Shown here one piece after another: positions 1 through 13,149 of a stretch of DNA of 64,000 nucleotides. The stretch is from Mobula hypostoma (taxonomy: Eukaryota). The notes beneath the pieces were generated by a model. It saw only the letters and a list, made by a program, of their open reading frames with translations. It ran no database searches and was not told the origin of the DNA. The stretch's first letter is position 1; every line of letters starts with the position of its first letter. The translations under genes were made by a program, and so were the position numbers. The stretch covers positions 4,218,001 through 4,282,000 of the forward strand of contig NC_086109.1 in assembly GCF_963921235.1 (NCBI RefSeq), written 5' to 3'.

Positions 1-236
1 TGGTGAATTTGTGGAATTTCTTGCCATATGCAGCTGTGGAGGTCAGGTTGTTGGGTGTATTTAAGGCAGAGATTGATAGGTTCTTGATTGGACATGGCAT
101 CAAAGGTTATGGGCAGAAGGCCAGGAACTGGGGTTGAGGAGGAGATAGAAAAAAAGGATCAGCCACGATTGAATGGCCGAGCAGACTCGATGGGCCAAAT
201 GGCCTAGTTCTGCTCCTATGTCTTATGGTCTTATGA
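1..236 (+). mobile_element. CR1 LINE 3' end
   Basis: VNLWN/FKAEIDRFL-type terminal coding remnant, CR1 3'UTR and TCTTATGG tail. Confidence 0.8.
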
Positions 237-504
237 GCAGAATAAAATAGTCGAAGACAATCACTGGCACAGCTTGTTAGACTGCACGCAGACTCCAACA
301 GGTGGCAACACAGTCCAGCTCCTCCACTATCGATCAACTCGTTGATGGGGTAGACTTGCAGCACTCGATGCTCCTCATACCCAGCAGGGTCTTACAATCG
401 TTTAAAAAAAACAAAAAGGATGAGCACTTACAAGCTGTCCAAAACAGTACAAGTGTGACCTCACCAGCTTCTTGTACAGCTTCAACATGCCCATCTACTA
501 TACT

Positions 505-1035
505 CAGTTTCAAAGTTCAAAGTACAAATATGTCACCACAGACAACCCTGAGATTCATTTTCTTGTGGACATACTCAATAAATCCATAATAGAATATTAA
601 CCACAACAGAATCCATGAAAGACCACTCCAACTTGGGCATTCAACCCAGAGTGCAAAGGACAGAGACTGTGCAAATACAAAAAGAAAGAAATAATAATAA
701 TAAATAAATAAGTATTAAGAACTTGAGATGAAGGGACCTTGAAAGTGAGTCCATTGGTTATGGGAACAGTTCAGTGACAGGGCAAGTGAAGTTGAGTGAA
801 GTTCTCCCCTGTGATTCCAGAGCCTGATGGTTGGGGGTTAATAACCGTTCCTGAATCTGATGGTGTGAGTCCTGAGGCTCCTGTATCTTCTTCCTGATGG
901 CAGCAGCGAGAAGAGAGAATGGCCTCGGTGGTGGGGCGGGACAGGTCCCCGATGCTTTCCTGCGACAGTGTTCTGTGCAGGTGTGTTTAGTGGTGGAAAG
1001 GGCCTTACCTGAGATAGACTGCGCCATATCCACTG
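505..1035 (-). mobile_element. Rex1/Babar-type LINE 3' fragment
   Basis: C-terminal motif HSLFSLLPSGRRYRSLRTHTIRFRN plus a 3'UTR ending in TTTGAA repeats. Confidence 0.75.
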
Positions 1036-1338
1036 CTTTTTATTGCTGAATCCCACAAGCTGGACACCAACCCCAGCAGCAGTGGGCACCACACTTTCTC
1101 CAGGGCTCACCACCGGCTCCAGAGCTCAGGTGGTGCCTGGTCCCAAGCCCAGGTTGCAGCTTGACACCACATCTTGGCTTAAAGTCATGGAGTAGCGCAA
1201 CACGGAGACAGCCCCTTCAGTCCTACTGGTCTATGCTGACCAGGGTGCCCTATTGCCTGAGTCTGACAGATCCTTCTGGACCTTTCCTATCCATGCACTT
1301 GCCCAGATGTCCACAACTCATCTAACTTTGGATTCGCA

Positions 1339-1590
1339 AACACAAGGAAATCTGCAGATGCTGGAATTTCAAGCAACGCGCATAAAAGTTGCTGGTGAAC
1401 GCAGCAGGTCAGGCAGCATCTCTAGGAAGAGGTACAGTCGAAGTTTTGGGCCGAGACCCTTTGTTAGGACTAACTGAAGGAAGAGCTAGTAAGAAAATTG
1501 AAAGTGGGAGGGGGAGGGGGAGATCCGAAATGATAGGAGAAGACAGGAGGGGGAGGGATGGAGCCAAGAGATGGACAGGTGATTGGCAAA
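1339..1590 (-). mobile_element. Penelope-like element terminal segment with degenerate hammerhead motif
   Basis: Shares the GATGCTGCCTGACCTGCTG...CCAGCA and AGGGTCTCGGCCC blocks with the GIY-YIG-linked copy at 9120-9860. Confidence 0.7.
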
Positions 1591-2399
1591 AGACATGGAT
1601 GGGAGGGGTATGGAGGCTATGGTCCCGGTGCAGGTCAATGGGAGTAAGCAGTTTAAGTAAGTTTGGCACGGACTAGATGGGCTGAAAGGCCTGCTTCTGT
1701 GCTGTACTTTTCTATGATTCTATCTCAGATCAGATGTCTGTGCGCTTATCCAAATGCCTTTTAAATGTTGTGAATGTACTTGTCTCAAGCACATCTCCGG
1801 ATTCTCATCACCCTCTGGGTCAAGACATTGCCCCATTACATCCTATTTAGATCTTTCCCCTCTCATCTTAAACCCTGTACCCCACAACACTGTTCAGACA
1901 ACTGCTTAACATTACCAAAGCAAAGGTTACAAACACATTAACTGGGCATTTGCACGAGTTTGTAATCATTATTTTTTTTGAGTTCAGGAGGCATCTGAAC
2001 TCATGAAATCCAAAGGTCCTTTAATTTATTGCTAAAATTCATTCAGTTTTTAATTGCCAGGATAAGCTCATTTTCCCCATCATTTAGTGTTGGGATTCTT
2101 ATTCTCCACCCACACTGTGCAGCCTGGTTCAACACCTCCCTTCTCTTTCCAGTCCTGTCAAGTACCTCACTAATCTGTTCTCCATGGTCAACCCAATCTT
2201 TGCTTAAATCTGCACATTCAGTGGTGCAGACTACAAACTTAATCTTGTATCTGGTGTTTCAGGTCATTGTGTTTACCTGATTCTGTTGATCTCTGCCCTG
2301 ACTCTTCAGAATTTTAAACACACCTGTTAAATCATCCTTCCTTTGCTGTGCGCCACTAAACCCAGAGACTGCTCCTCTTAAGCATGCTTTCTGTTGCTT

Positions 2400-3058
2400 G
2401 GTCTTGAGGATACTGTTACTATAGATGCTGGGAATATGGATGTGGTGAGAACCTACAAGTACCTGGGGGTGCGCATGGATGACAGACTTGAGTGGAGCAC
2501 CAACACAGAGGCTGTGTACAAGAAGGGAAGGAGGCACCTCTCCTTCACATGTTCTACCAGTCTGTTGTCACCAGTACAATCTTCTATGCGGTGGTGTGCT
2601 GGGGCAATGGCATCAACACGGGTGATACCAACAGGCTCAATAAACTGATTAGAAAGGCTGGCTCTGTTATAGGAGTCAAACTGGGCACACTAGAGACCGT
2701 GGTAGAACAAAGGACCTTATGGAAAATCCTGGTAATTCTGGACAATGTTTCTCACCCCCTGCATGCCACCTTGGCTGAACAGGGGAGCACTTTTAGTGAT
2801 AGATAAAATGACTGCGCTGCTCCAAAGAGCGATATATGAGGTCATTCTTACCCTCGGCCATCAGGCTCTATAATGGTCAACCTATAGCCGGGGAAGTGAT
2901 CTTGTAATCCTTGACTTGTAAATCTTGTACATCTTATTTTTAATGTAACTTATTTTTATTCTTTCTTACTTCTCTTCTAATATTTGTATATCTGTCCACT
3001 TGCAATGCTACTGTGTCGCTGTAATTTCCTTTAGGATCAATGAAGTATCTATCTATCT
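2400..3058 (+). mobile_element. Rex1/Babar-type LINE 3' fragment
   Basis: YKYLGV..DDRLEWSTNTEAVYKKG, FYQSVV..IFYAVVCWG and ILDNVSHPLH, with an (ATCT)n tail. Confidence 0.85.
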
Positions 3059-3584
3059 TGTTGCAGAAAACACCTCATGATTCTGTGATGCATGCTTTCC
3101 TGCACACTTTTCATACACGGGGAACTCTCAAAGTGTGTAATGTGGACAAGACCTCCACCATCAATGTCATGGGACCATCAGCATCAACCAGAAACCAAAC
3201 TACTTTATACTTTATTGTTGCCAAACAGTTAGTATTAGAACGTACAATCATCACAGCGATATTTGATTCTGCGCTTCACACTCCCTGGATTACAAATATT
3301 AAATATTATAATTATTTAAAATAGTAAAAATTAGTAAATATTAATAATTTAATTTATAAATTATAAATAGAAAAATAGAAAGTAAGGTAGTGCAGGTCTG
3401 GATGTTTGGAGGGTGTGGCCCAGATCCAGGTCAGGATCCGTTCAGCAGTCTTGTAAGAGCAGCTTGGATGCTGGCTGTCCAGTAGTGAGTGACTCTTCTC
3501 CCAATGCTCAGATCTTTCTATCATCCACTAGGCACAAGTTATGAGCATGATGGAACTCTCCATCATGTGGCTTAAAAGGCGTTG

Positions 3585-3975
3585 GTCAGACTGCGCTTTG
3601 ACCATTGTGGGCAGTCTTGAGCCGAGCCCCTTTCAAAACAAGGATGTGCTGGAGTTGGAGAGGGTCCAGAGGAGATTCACAAGAATGATCCTGGCAATGA
3701 AAAGTTTAATGTATGAGGAGCATTTGAGAATGAAGAATGAGGGGGAATCTCATTGAAACCTGTCAAATATCAGAAGACCCAGAAAGAGTGAATGTGGAGA
3801 AGATGTTTCCAAGAGTGAGGGAGTTTCAGAGGCACAGCCACAGAGTACAAAGATGTCTCTTCAGCACAGAAATGAGGAGGAATTTCTTTAGCCAGAGGGT
3901 GGTGAATTGGTGGAAATCATTGCCATATTTGGCTGTGGAGGCCGTCATTGGGTATATTTAAAGCTGAGGTTGACA
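3585..3975 (+). mobile_element. CR1 LINE 3' fragment
   Basis: KDVLELERVQRRFTRMI and MRRNFFSQRVVNWWKSLP. Confidence 0.8.
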
Positions 3976-3976
3976 T

Positions 3977-6000
3977 AGAATCAGAATCAGGTTTGTTATC
4001 AGCGGCATGTGACGTGAAATTTGTTAACTTAGCAGCAGCAGTTCAATGCAATACGTGATCTAGCGGAGGAAAAAAATTAATAAATAAAATAAAACGTAAT
4101 AATAATAAATAAACAAGTAAATCAATTACATATATTGAATAATTTTTTTTAAAACATGCAAAAACAGAAATACTGTATATTAAAAAAAAGTGAGGTAGTG
4201 TCCAAAGGTTCAACGTCCATTTAGGAATCGGACGGCAGAGGGGAAGAAGCTGTTTTGAATCGCTGAGTGTGTGCCTTCAGGCTTCTGTCATAGTCATAGT
4301 CATACTTTATTGATCCCAAGGGAAATTGGTTTTCCTTACAGTTGCACCATAAATAATTAAATAGTAATATGTAAATTATGCCAGGAAATAAGTCCAGGAC
4401 CAGCCTATTGGCTCAGGGTGTCTGACCCTCCAAGGGAGGAGTTGTAAAGTTTGATGGCCACAGGCAGGAATGACTTCCTATGACGCTCTGTGTTGCATCT
4501 CGGTGGAATGAGTCTCTGGCTGAATGTACTCCTGTGCCCAACCAGTCCATTATATAGTGGATGGGAGACATTGTCCAAGATGGCATGCAACTTGGATAAC
4601 ATCCTCTTTTCAGACACCACCGTCAGAGAGTCCAGTTCCATCCCCACAACATCACTGGCCTTACGAATGAGTTTGTTGATTCTGTTGGTGTCTGCTACCC
4701 TCAGCCTGCTGCCCCAGCAAACATGATAACACTGGCCACCACAGACTCATAAAACATCCTCAGCATTGTACGACAGATGTTAAAGGACCTCAGTCTCCTC
4801 AGGAAATAGAGATGGCTCTGACCCTTCTTGTAGACAGCCTCAGTGTTCTTTGACCAGTCCAGTTTATTGTCAATTCGTATCCCCAGGTATTTGTAATCCT
4901 CCACCATGTCCACACTGACCCCCTGGATGGAAACAGGGGTCACCGGAACCTTAGCTCTCCTCAGGTCTACCACCAGCTCCTTAGTCTTATTCACATCAAG
5001 CTGCAGATAATTCTGCTCACACCATGTGGCAAAGTTTCCTACCGTAGCCCTGTACTCAGCCTCATCTCCCTTGCTGATGCATCCAACTATGGCAGAGTCA
5101 TCAGAAAACTTCTGAAGATGACAAGACTCTGTGCAGTAGTTGAAGTAGTTCTGTACCTCCTACCTGATGGTAACAGTGAGAAAAGGGCATGCCCTGGGTG
5201 CTGGAGATCTTTAATAATGGACACTGCCTTTCTGAGACACCGTTCACTAAAGATGTCCTGGGTACTTTATAGACTAGTGCGCAAGATGGAGCTGACTAGA
5301 TTTACAACCTTCTGCAGCTTCTCGTGGTCCTGTGCAGTAGCCCCTCCATACCAGACAGTGATGCAGCCTGTCAGAATGCTCTCCACGGTACATCTATAGA
5401 AGTTTTTGAGTGTATTTGTTGACATGCCAAATCTCTTCAAACTCCTAATAAAGTATAGCCACTATCTTGCCTTCTTTTTAACTACATCGATATGTTAGGA
5501 CCAGGTTAGATCCTCAGAGATCTTGATACTCAGGAACTTGAAGCTGCTCACTCTCTCCACTTAAGATCCCTCCATGAGGATTGGTATGTGTTCCTTCGTC
5601 TTACCCTTCCTGAAGTCCACAATCAGCTCCTTAGTCTTACTGACATTGAGTGCCAGGTTGTTGCTGCAGCACCACTCCACTAGTTGGCATATCTCACTCC
5701 TGTACGACCTCTCGTCACCATCTGAGATTCTACCAACAATATTTGCATCGTCAGCAAATTTATAGATGGTATTTGAGCTATGGTGAGCCACACAGTCATG
5801 GGTATAGAGAGAGTAGAGCGGTGGGCTAAGCACACACCCCTGAGGTGCACCAGTGTTGATCTTCAGCGAGGAGGATATGTTATCAGCAATCTGCACAGAC
5901 TGTGGTCTTCCGGTTAGGAAGTCAAGGATACAATTGCAGAGGGAGGTACAGAGGCCCAGGTTCTGCAACTTCTCAGTCAGGATTGTGGAAATGATGGTAC
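3977..6000 (-). mobile_element. Rex1/Babar-type LINE (RT to 3' end), interrupted by a second element at 4289-5148
   Basis: RT motifs [25 protein letters not shown] and [15 protein letters not shown], with a (GATTCT)n tail at ~3977-3992. Confidence 0.9.
4289..5148 (-). mobile_element. Second Rex1/Babar-type LINE 3' part, nested
   Basis: KFSDD, NKTKELVVDLRR, YKYLGI and SFLPVAIKLYN, with a (TATGAC)n tail and TSD TTCTGT (4283-4288, 5149-5154). Confidence 0.9.
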
Positions 6001-6243
6001 TGACGATCTTGATGAGTTGGGGTATCAAAGGTTACAGTGAGAAGGCAGGCACATGAGATAATAAATCAGCCAAGGCGGAACAGCAGAACAGGCTCGATGC
6101 ACTGAATGGACTAATTCGGCTCCAAAGTCCAATGGTCTCCAGTTCTCGATAGAGTAAAATTTCAGCAGTTCTCAAGAAGCTCAACATCAAACCAGAATGC
6201 AAGTTTCCTGCCATATCACCCATTAATCTATCAATCACTTAAC

Positions 6244-7315
6244 TACACCCAGCACCCCATCATTCACCCCAACACACACCACCCCATCATTCACCCCTAC
6301 ACCCACCACCCCATCATTCACCCCGACACCCACCACCCCATCATTCACCCCCGACACCCACCAGCCCATCATTCACCCCCGACAACCACCACCCCATCAT
6401 TCACCCCCTACACCCACCACCCCATCATTCACCCCCTACACCCACCAGCCCATCATTAACCCCAACACACACCACCCCATCATTCACCCCCGACACCCAC
6501 CACCCCATCATTCACCCTCTACACCCACCACCCCATCATTCACCCCCTACACCCACCACTCCATCATTCACCCCCTACACACACCCACCACCCCATCATT
6601 CACCCCCCTACACCCACCACCCCATCATTCACCCCCTACACCCACCACTCCATCATTCACCCCCCTACACCCACCAGCCCATCATTCACCCCCTACACCC
6701 ACCCACCACCCCATCATTCACCCCCTACACCCACCCACCACCCCATAATTCACCCCCTACACCCACCAGCCCATCATTTACCCCCTACACCCACCCACCA
6801 CCCCATCATTCACTCCCTACACCCACCCACCACACCATCATTCACCCCTACACCCACCCACCACCCCATCATTCACCCCCTACACCCACCACCCCATCAT
6901 TCACCCCTACACCCACCCACCACCCCATCATTCACCCCTATACCCACCACTCCATCATTCACCCCTACACCCACCACCCCATCATTCACCCCTACACCCA
7001 GCACCCCATCATTCACCCCTACACCCACCACCCCATCATTCACCCCCTACACACACCCAGCACCCCATCATTCACCCCTACACCCAGCACCCCATCATTC
7101 ACCCCCTACACCCAGCACCCCATCATTCACCCCTACACCCACCACCCCATCATTCACCCCCTACACCCACCAACCCATCATTCAACCCCTACACACACCC
7201 AGCACCCCATCATTCACCCCCTACACCCACCACACCATCATTCACCCCCTACACCCACCACCCCATCATTCACCCCCTACACACACCCAGCACCCCATCA
7301 TTCACCCCTACACCA
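6244..7315. repeat. C-rich minisatellite, ~27-33 bp unit ACACCCACCACCCCATCATTCACCCCCT
   Basis: Visible tandem array, almost G-free on the + strand. Confidence 0.97.
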
Positions 7316-8289
7316 GAAACCCATGGCTGCAATGTGCACCATCTGCTGTATGCCGTGTATCTACAATCGGTCATTAAAACTGTCCAGCTCTTCACCACCT
7401 TCCTGCCATTGATGAGATATCTACAGAAAGATGCCTGAGCACACTCCCCTCCGCTCGTCACACCCCCATCAGGGAGGAGGTTATGTAGCATCCATGCCAC
7501 ACTCAAAAGCAGTGCGTTTTCCCAAGCGGTTATTAACCTATCCCACCAACTGATACGGGTCACTTAGCCTCACTTTTTGTGTGTACAATCAGTTTGTATA
7601 TGACAGTTACTTTTATTACATTAGTTTAGACTATGAGGACATGCAGTCCTCTTTTATTGTCATTTAGTAATGCATGCTTTAAGAAATGATACAATATTTT
7701 TCCAGTGATATCACAGAAACACATAACAAACCGACTGAAAAACTGAAAAAAAACACATAATTATAACGTATACTTACAACAGTGCAAAGCAATACCATAA
7801 TTTGATAAAGAACAGACCATGGCACGTTAAGAAGTCTCGGTGAACTTCCAGTGCTGCAAACTTGCCAATGCAGCATCCTGGAGGCATCCGAAAGCTCCGA
7901 GCCTCCGGCCAGCTCTCCGACACTCAGCACCGAGCACCATCTCTGTTGAGCGCTTTGACCCCGGCCCCGGCAACAGGCAAAGCCGAGGATTCGGGGCCTT
8001 CCCCTCCAAAGATTCTCGATCGCACAGTAGCAGCGGCAGCGAAGCGGGCATTTCAGAAGTTTCTCCAAATGTTCCTCTGTGCTTCTCACGTCTGTCTCCA
8101 TCAAATCAGGATTGTGCACGGCCCCCAGTTAACACATACGATATCAATCCGTGCGCCATTATGTTGTGATTTCTAGGATTGCTTTCATATTTTTTATGCA
8201 CTGCTGTTACACACCAGACCACTCCAAACCCACCGATAGAGATAAGGTTAACAGCCACCGGAATGCCACTACTTACCCCATTAACCCTT

Positions 8290-8820
8290 CCCAACTCTAT
8301 TGATGCACCATGGAAAGCATTCTGAATGGATGGATCATGGCTTGATATGGCAGCTGCTCTGCACGTGACCACGATAAACTGCAGAGAATTGCAAATGCCA
8401 CTCAGCACAGCACAGGAGCCAGCCTACCCTCCTTCTCGCTGGCTCAGCAAGCAAGGCGGTGTAATCAAAGACCCCACCCACCCCAGCCATTCCTTTTTGT
8501 CCCCTCTCCCATCGCACAGAAGGTAGAAACGACTGAAAAAATCTCGCTCAAGGACAGCTTCTATCCCGCAGTTAGCAGACTCTTGAACAGACCCCCCAAC
8601 AATAAAATGGACGCTTGACCTCACAATCTACCTCGTTTCGATCTTGCATTTTATCATTTACCTGCACTGCACTCCCTCTGCAGCTGTTCACTTTATTCTG
8701 CTGTTTATTGTTGCTCCTTTCCCTTGTTCTACCTCAATGCACTGTGTGGTGGTTTGATCTGGATGATCAATATAAAAGGCAAGCTTTTCTCGGTACATGT
8801 GTCATTGATAAACCAAAATA
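8290..8820 (+). mobile_element. Degenerate Rex1/Babar-type 3' fragment
   Basis: IKDPTHPSHSFLSPLPS.RR motif and the family 3'UTR. Confidence 0.65.
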
Positions 8821-9119
8821 CGCAGGGGCCCCTCCCAGTCGTACCTACTGTCTATAAACATCTCACCGTTCCTTTGTCGTGACTCAGTCCAGATCAGGGG
8901 TTCCCATGAACCTGGGTTCGTGGAAGATTGGGAGCCCCTGGTCTTGATCTTGGAACACCCTCACCACCAGTACCGTGAGAGCAGCTTCTCCAGAAGGACT
9001 GCCGTGATTCAAGGATCAGCTCAACCCCTCCTTGTGGGCTGTTACTACTGACTTTCCCAGCTGTCCCCGTACACAAGAGAGAGTCTGAGAACAATGGAGC
9101 ACCAAAATAGGACCTTCAA

Positions 9120-9860
9120 TCAATGCAGCACACACAAAATGCTGGAGGAACTCAGCAAGTCAGACAGAAAACATGGAAATGAATAAACAATCAACACTTT
9201 GGGCCAAGACCCTTCATCAGGACTGGAAAGGAAGGGGGAAGGCAATGGAATAAAAAGGTGAGGTGGGGCAGGGAGACTAGCTGGAAGGTGATAGGTGAAG
9301 CCAGGTGGGTGGGAAAGGTAAAGGGTTGGAGAAGAAGGAATCTGACAGGAGAGGAGAGTGGACCATAGGAGAAAGGGAAGGAGGAGGGATAACAGGGGGA
9401 GGTGATAGACACGTGAGTGGAAGAGGCCAGAGGGGAGAAGAGGGAAGGGGAGGAGAAAAGAAAGTAAAAATGACTGGATATTGGAGAAATTGATGTTCAT
9501 GCCATCAGGTTGGAGGCTACCCAGCCAAAGTATGAAGTGTTCCTCCTCCAACCTGAGAATGGCTTCATCATGGCAGAAGAGGAGGCTGTGTATCGACGTG
9601 TTGGAACAGGAATAGGGATGGGAATTAAAATGGTTTACCACTGGGAAATTCTGCTTTTGGTGGATGGAGCAGAGGCGTTCAAAGAAGCAATCGTCCAAAT
9701 AGATGTCGGATCTCACCAATGTAGAGGAGGCCGTAGTGGGAACACCGGATACAATAGACGACCCCAACAGATTTGCAGGTGAAGTGCTGCCACACCCGGA
9801 AGGACTGTTTAAGGCTCTGAGTGGAAGTGAGGTTGAAGGTGAAAGACCAGATGTAGCTTT
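9120..9860 (-). mobile_element. Penelope-like element 3' part with GIY-YIG endonuclease remnant
   Basis: ORF 9679-9888(-) gives HFTCKSVGVVYCIRCSHYGLLYIGE. Downstream are PVVNHFNSHPYS..RLEEEHFILWLGSLQPDGMN and a terminal CTGATGAAGGGTCTTGGCCC block. Confidence 0.85.
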
Positions 9861-10062
9861 TCTGAAGCATTTTTGGCCCCTTGACCAATCAAGTTCACAC
9901 CACATTTTGCCCATCTACATTAGATTTGCTCACCTTAGGTTTCATAATGAACTTGATCATAATTGCCTGTTTTCCGACCTTAGCTTCTTGCTCTATGTTG
10001 AGTGAGTTTCTTCCATGCAATCATATCCCTTTACCTACTTTAAACTTTTCAAAGGCTATAAA

Positions 10063-10423
10063 TGCGTGGTGGTGTGGAGATACATCTCTACCAAAGGAGG
10101 TGTAAAGCGCAGGTCACCCTTGGACAAGGTGTAGCACCTGCTCAGCCCCCGATCAGGGTCACGTGAAGCCACAGGAGCAGGTGGTGGATGGTCGTATGAG
10201 CAGCCGGTGCATATCACAAGTCCTGGTTATGTGACCACTGACACCAGGCAGACAATCTCTGAAGAGTATTGATAATGGCTGGGGGCACCTGTCTTGTAAA
10301 GACACTGCCCAGAAGAAGGCAATGGCAAACCATTTATTTAGAAAATTTTGCCAAGAATAGTCAAGGTCATGGAAAGACCATGATCGCCCACGTCATACAA
10401 CACAGCACATAATAAATGAACAG
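10063..10423 (+). mobile_element. ~340-bp non-autonomous RTE-related retroposon (further copies 22402-22770 +, ~32575-32855 +, ~36806-37098 -, ~43475-43650 +, ~54338-54672 +)
   Basis: Six similar copies. The GAAGGCAATGGCAAACCAC block resembles RTE/Bov-A-type sequence. TSDs AGGCT/CATAAA here and CCTCAAT at 22395/22771. Confidence 0.7.
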
Positions 10424-10697
10424 AGGCCATAAAACTTCCATCCAAAATGCACCGCAACTGCAGTATTCCAGTGAATGCCAGCTTGTGTTTTTAGGCAAGG
10501 ACTAATTTCAAAGTAAATTTATTATCGAAGTACTTATATGTCACTATACTGTGTACTGTCACTGTAAATCACTATATGATTCACAGTAGAATGAAGAAAT
10601 ACGACAGAATCAATGAAAATCTACACACAAAGAGTGACAAACAACCAATGTGCAAAGGAAGACAGACTGTATAAATAAAAAATAATAATAATAAATA

Positions 10698-10913
10698 CAT
10701 CTTACTTTAGCCCTTCACCAGCAGCAGCTCACCAGATTCCCTGAGCCAGTTTTCCAAGTGTTCCGCAGGTGTAACCAATCTTTGAAGCTCCTTCCTCTCC
10801 CAGGGATGAGGACCAATGTTCCTGTAACACTGGCGTTTTACGGGGTGGGGTTGCTCACCCCATGCTCGCCCTTCCTTTCACAGCCGGGCTGGGGACGGTC
10901 CATGGCGGAGTTC
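10698..10913 (-). mobile_element. Short RTE-like non-autonomous insertion within a Rex1/Babar 3'UTR
   Basis: The - strand has an RTE-5'-like GTCCCCAGCCCGG...AGCAACCCCACCCCGTAAAA block, with flanking direct repeat ATAAATA (10691-10697, 10914-10920). Confidence 0.5.
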
Positions 10914-11869
10914 ATAAATAGATAACACTGAGAACACGAGTTGTAGAGTCCTGGAAAGTGAGTCCATAGGTTGTGTGGAATCAGTTCAGACGAGGTGAGT
11001 GAAGCTATCCACAATGGTTCTGAAGCCTGATGCTTGTAAAGTAAGAACTCTTCCTGAACCCGGCGGAGTGGGACCTAAAGCTCCTGCACATCCTTCCCAA
11101 AGGCAGCAGCAAGAAGAACCTGGCCTGGATGGCGAGGGGTCCTTGATGATGGATGCTGCTTTCTGGTGGCAGTGCTCGATAGTGGGGTGAGCTTTGCCTG
11201 TGACGACTGGGCTAAGTGCGTTCACTGTTACAGGCTGAGCGAGGGAACAAGGAGGACTTGGACCTGTGTCAGACTGTGACTTTATGTTGATGCTGTTGTT
11301 TGATTGAAGTGGGAGAGTGGCTCTGTATTCAAGTAGTTCTGTGTCACACTCAGATGAATTCTGTGTTTAAGGGTGGACAACAGGTGGAATGCCTGGTCCT
11401 GCAGAGGGGGTACATGAGGTTGGAATTCTAATACTGTACATGATAGGATGGGTAAGCTGGACCTGAGCTGCTGGAACTTTGTGCAGTTCACAATCACCAG
11501 TGCTATCAGAATCAGCTTTACTATCTCCGACACGTCATGAAGTTTGTAGTTTTCCAGCAGCACTACGCTGCAATACATAAATTACAGTAAGTCACAGTTT
11601 TAATGCTGTGCAATGCCCCCTGTACTGGCTGCATCACTGTCCTTTATGGGGGGGCAGTGCACAGGATCAAAGGTAAGCTGCAGAAAGCTGTGAACTCAGT
11701 CAGCTCCATCATATCATGGGCACCAGCCTCCCCAGCATCGAGAACATCTTCAAGGAGCGATGCCTCAGAAAGATGGCATCCATCATTAAGGATGTCCATT
11801 CCAGCACCCATTTCTGGAATGGACATTGAACCCATGAACACTGCCTCACTACTTTTTTGCAATGCAACA

Positions 11870-12355
11870 GTAGAGGACACAATGAGGCCACACTCAAGTT
11901 GGAGGAGCAACACCTTTTATTCCCTCTGGGTAACCTCCAACCTGATGGCATGAGCATTGATTTCTCGAACTTCCAGTAATGGCCCTCGCCTCTCATTCAC
12001 CAGTCTCCATCCCTTCTTCCTTCTCTCACCTTATCTCCTTGCCTGCCCATCGCCTCCCTCTGGTACCCCTTCTTTCTTCCATGGCCTTTTCTGCCCTCTC
12101 CTATCAGACTCCCCCTTCACCGGCCCTATATCTCTTTCACCAATCGACTTTCCAGCTCTTTACTTCACCCCTCCCCCTCCCGGTTCCACCTATCATCTTG
12201 TGTTCCTCCCTCCCCCCCCCCCCCACCTTTTAACTCTACTCCTCGTCTTTTTTTTTTCTCCAGTCCTGCTGAAAGGTCTCGGCCCGAAACAGCGACTGTA
12301 CTCTTTTCCATAGATGCTGCCTGGCCTGCTGAGTTCCTCCAGCATTTTGTGTGCG
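11870..12355 (+). mobile_element. Penelope-like 3' fragment with hammerhead-like motif at ~12260-12298
   Basis: LEEQH..LGNLQPDGMSIDF remnant, a pyrimidine-rich UTR and CAGTC CTGCTGA AAGGTCTCGGCCC GAAAC AGC GACTG. Confidence 0.75.
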
Positions 12356-13149
12356 CTTCGTGATTCATTGAGTGTGTGTCTTCAGGCTCCTGTACCTCCT
12401 CATTGAGGGTAGTACTGAGAGGAGGGCATGTCCTGGATGGTGAGGGTCCGCAGTGATGGATGACACATTCTTGAGGAACCCTTTTGAAGATGTCCTTGAT
12501 GGCAGGAAGGGTTGTGCTCACGATGGTGCTGGCCGAGTCCAGAATACTGAACAACCATCTGCGATCCTGTGCATTGGAGCCCCATCACGGCCCGTTGTGC
12601 AGGCTCCCATGAGCAGAAATGTCCCATTAGATGGATGTGTTTAAGGTGTTTTGAAAGAATGAAGTTATAGCGTCTGTATTTTCAGGTATGGTTGGAAGCA
12701 CCTGCAGTAACCTTGGACAGACTACTTAACAATCTCAACAGATCTGCCACAGTTGAGTGCACTTTTGAGCAACCAAATCGTGATGACCTCTGTCCGAGTT
12801 AGTTCTGTAGCTTGCACTAACTCCACCCAGTGTTCATTCTTTCTGGTGGAATAATTCACAGGTGCTGCAGGTGTGCGTGAAAGTTTAACTAAAAGATGTG
12901 GAACTCACCGTTGGCTCTCCTGTCGATGAAATGGAGAGCCTCGTTATCTACTGCACACTGCAAATGAGCTTCTAGCTTCTTCCCCCTTCCTTGCAAGGGG
13001 GAAATGGAGGGAGATGAAGGGTCTCCAGCTGAAATGTCAACTGTGTATTCCTCTCCATAGATGCTGCCTGACCTGCTGAGTTCATCTGGAATTTTGTGTG
13101 TGTGTTACGCTGTAAAAGAGAAGTTCCTGCAATATAAGTAACACACATG

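Noticed and set aside
9120..9914. 264-aa ORF as a host gene
   Set aside because: It is a frameshifted mosaic of a Penelope GIY-YIG C-terminus and pyrimidine-rich UTR.
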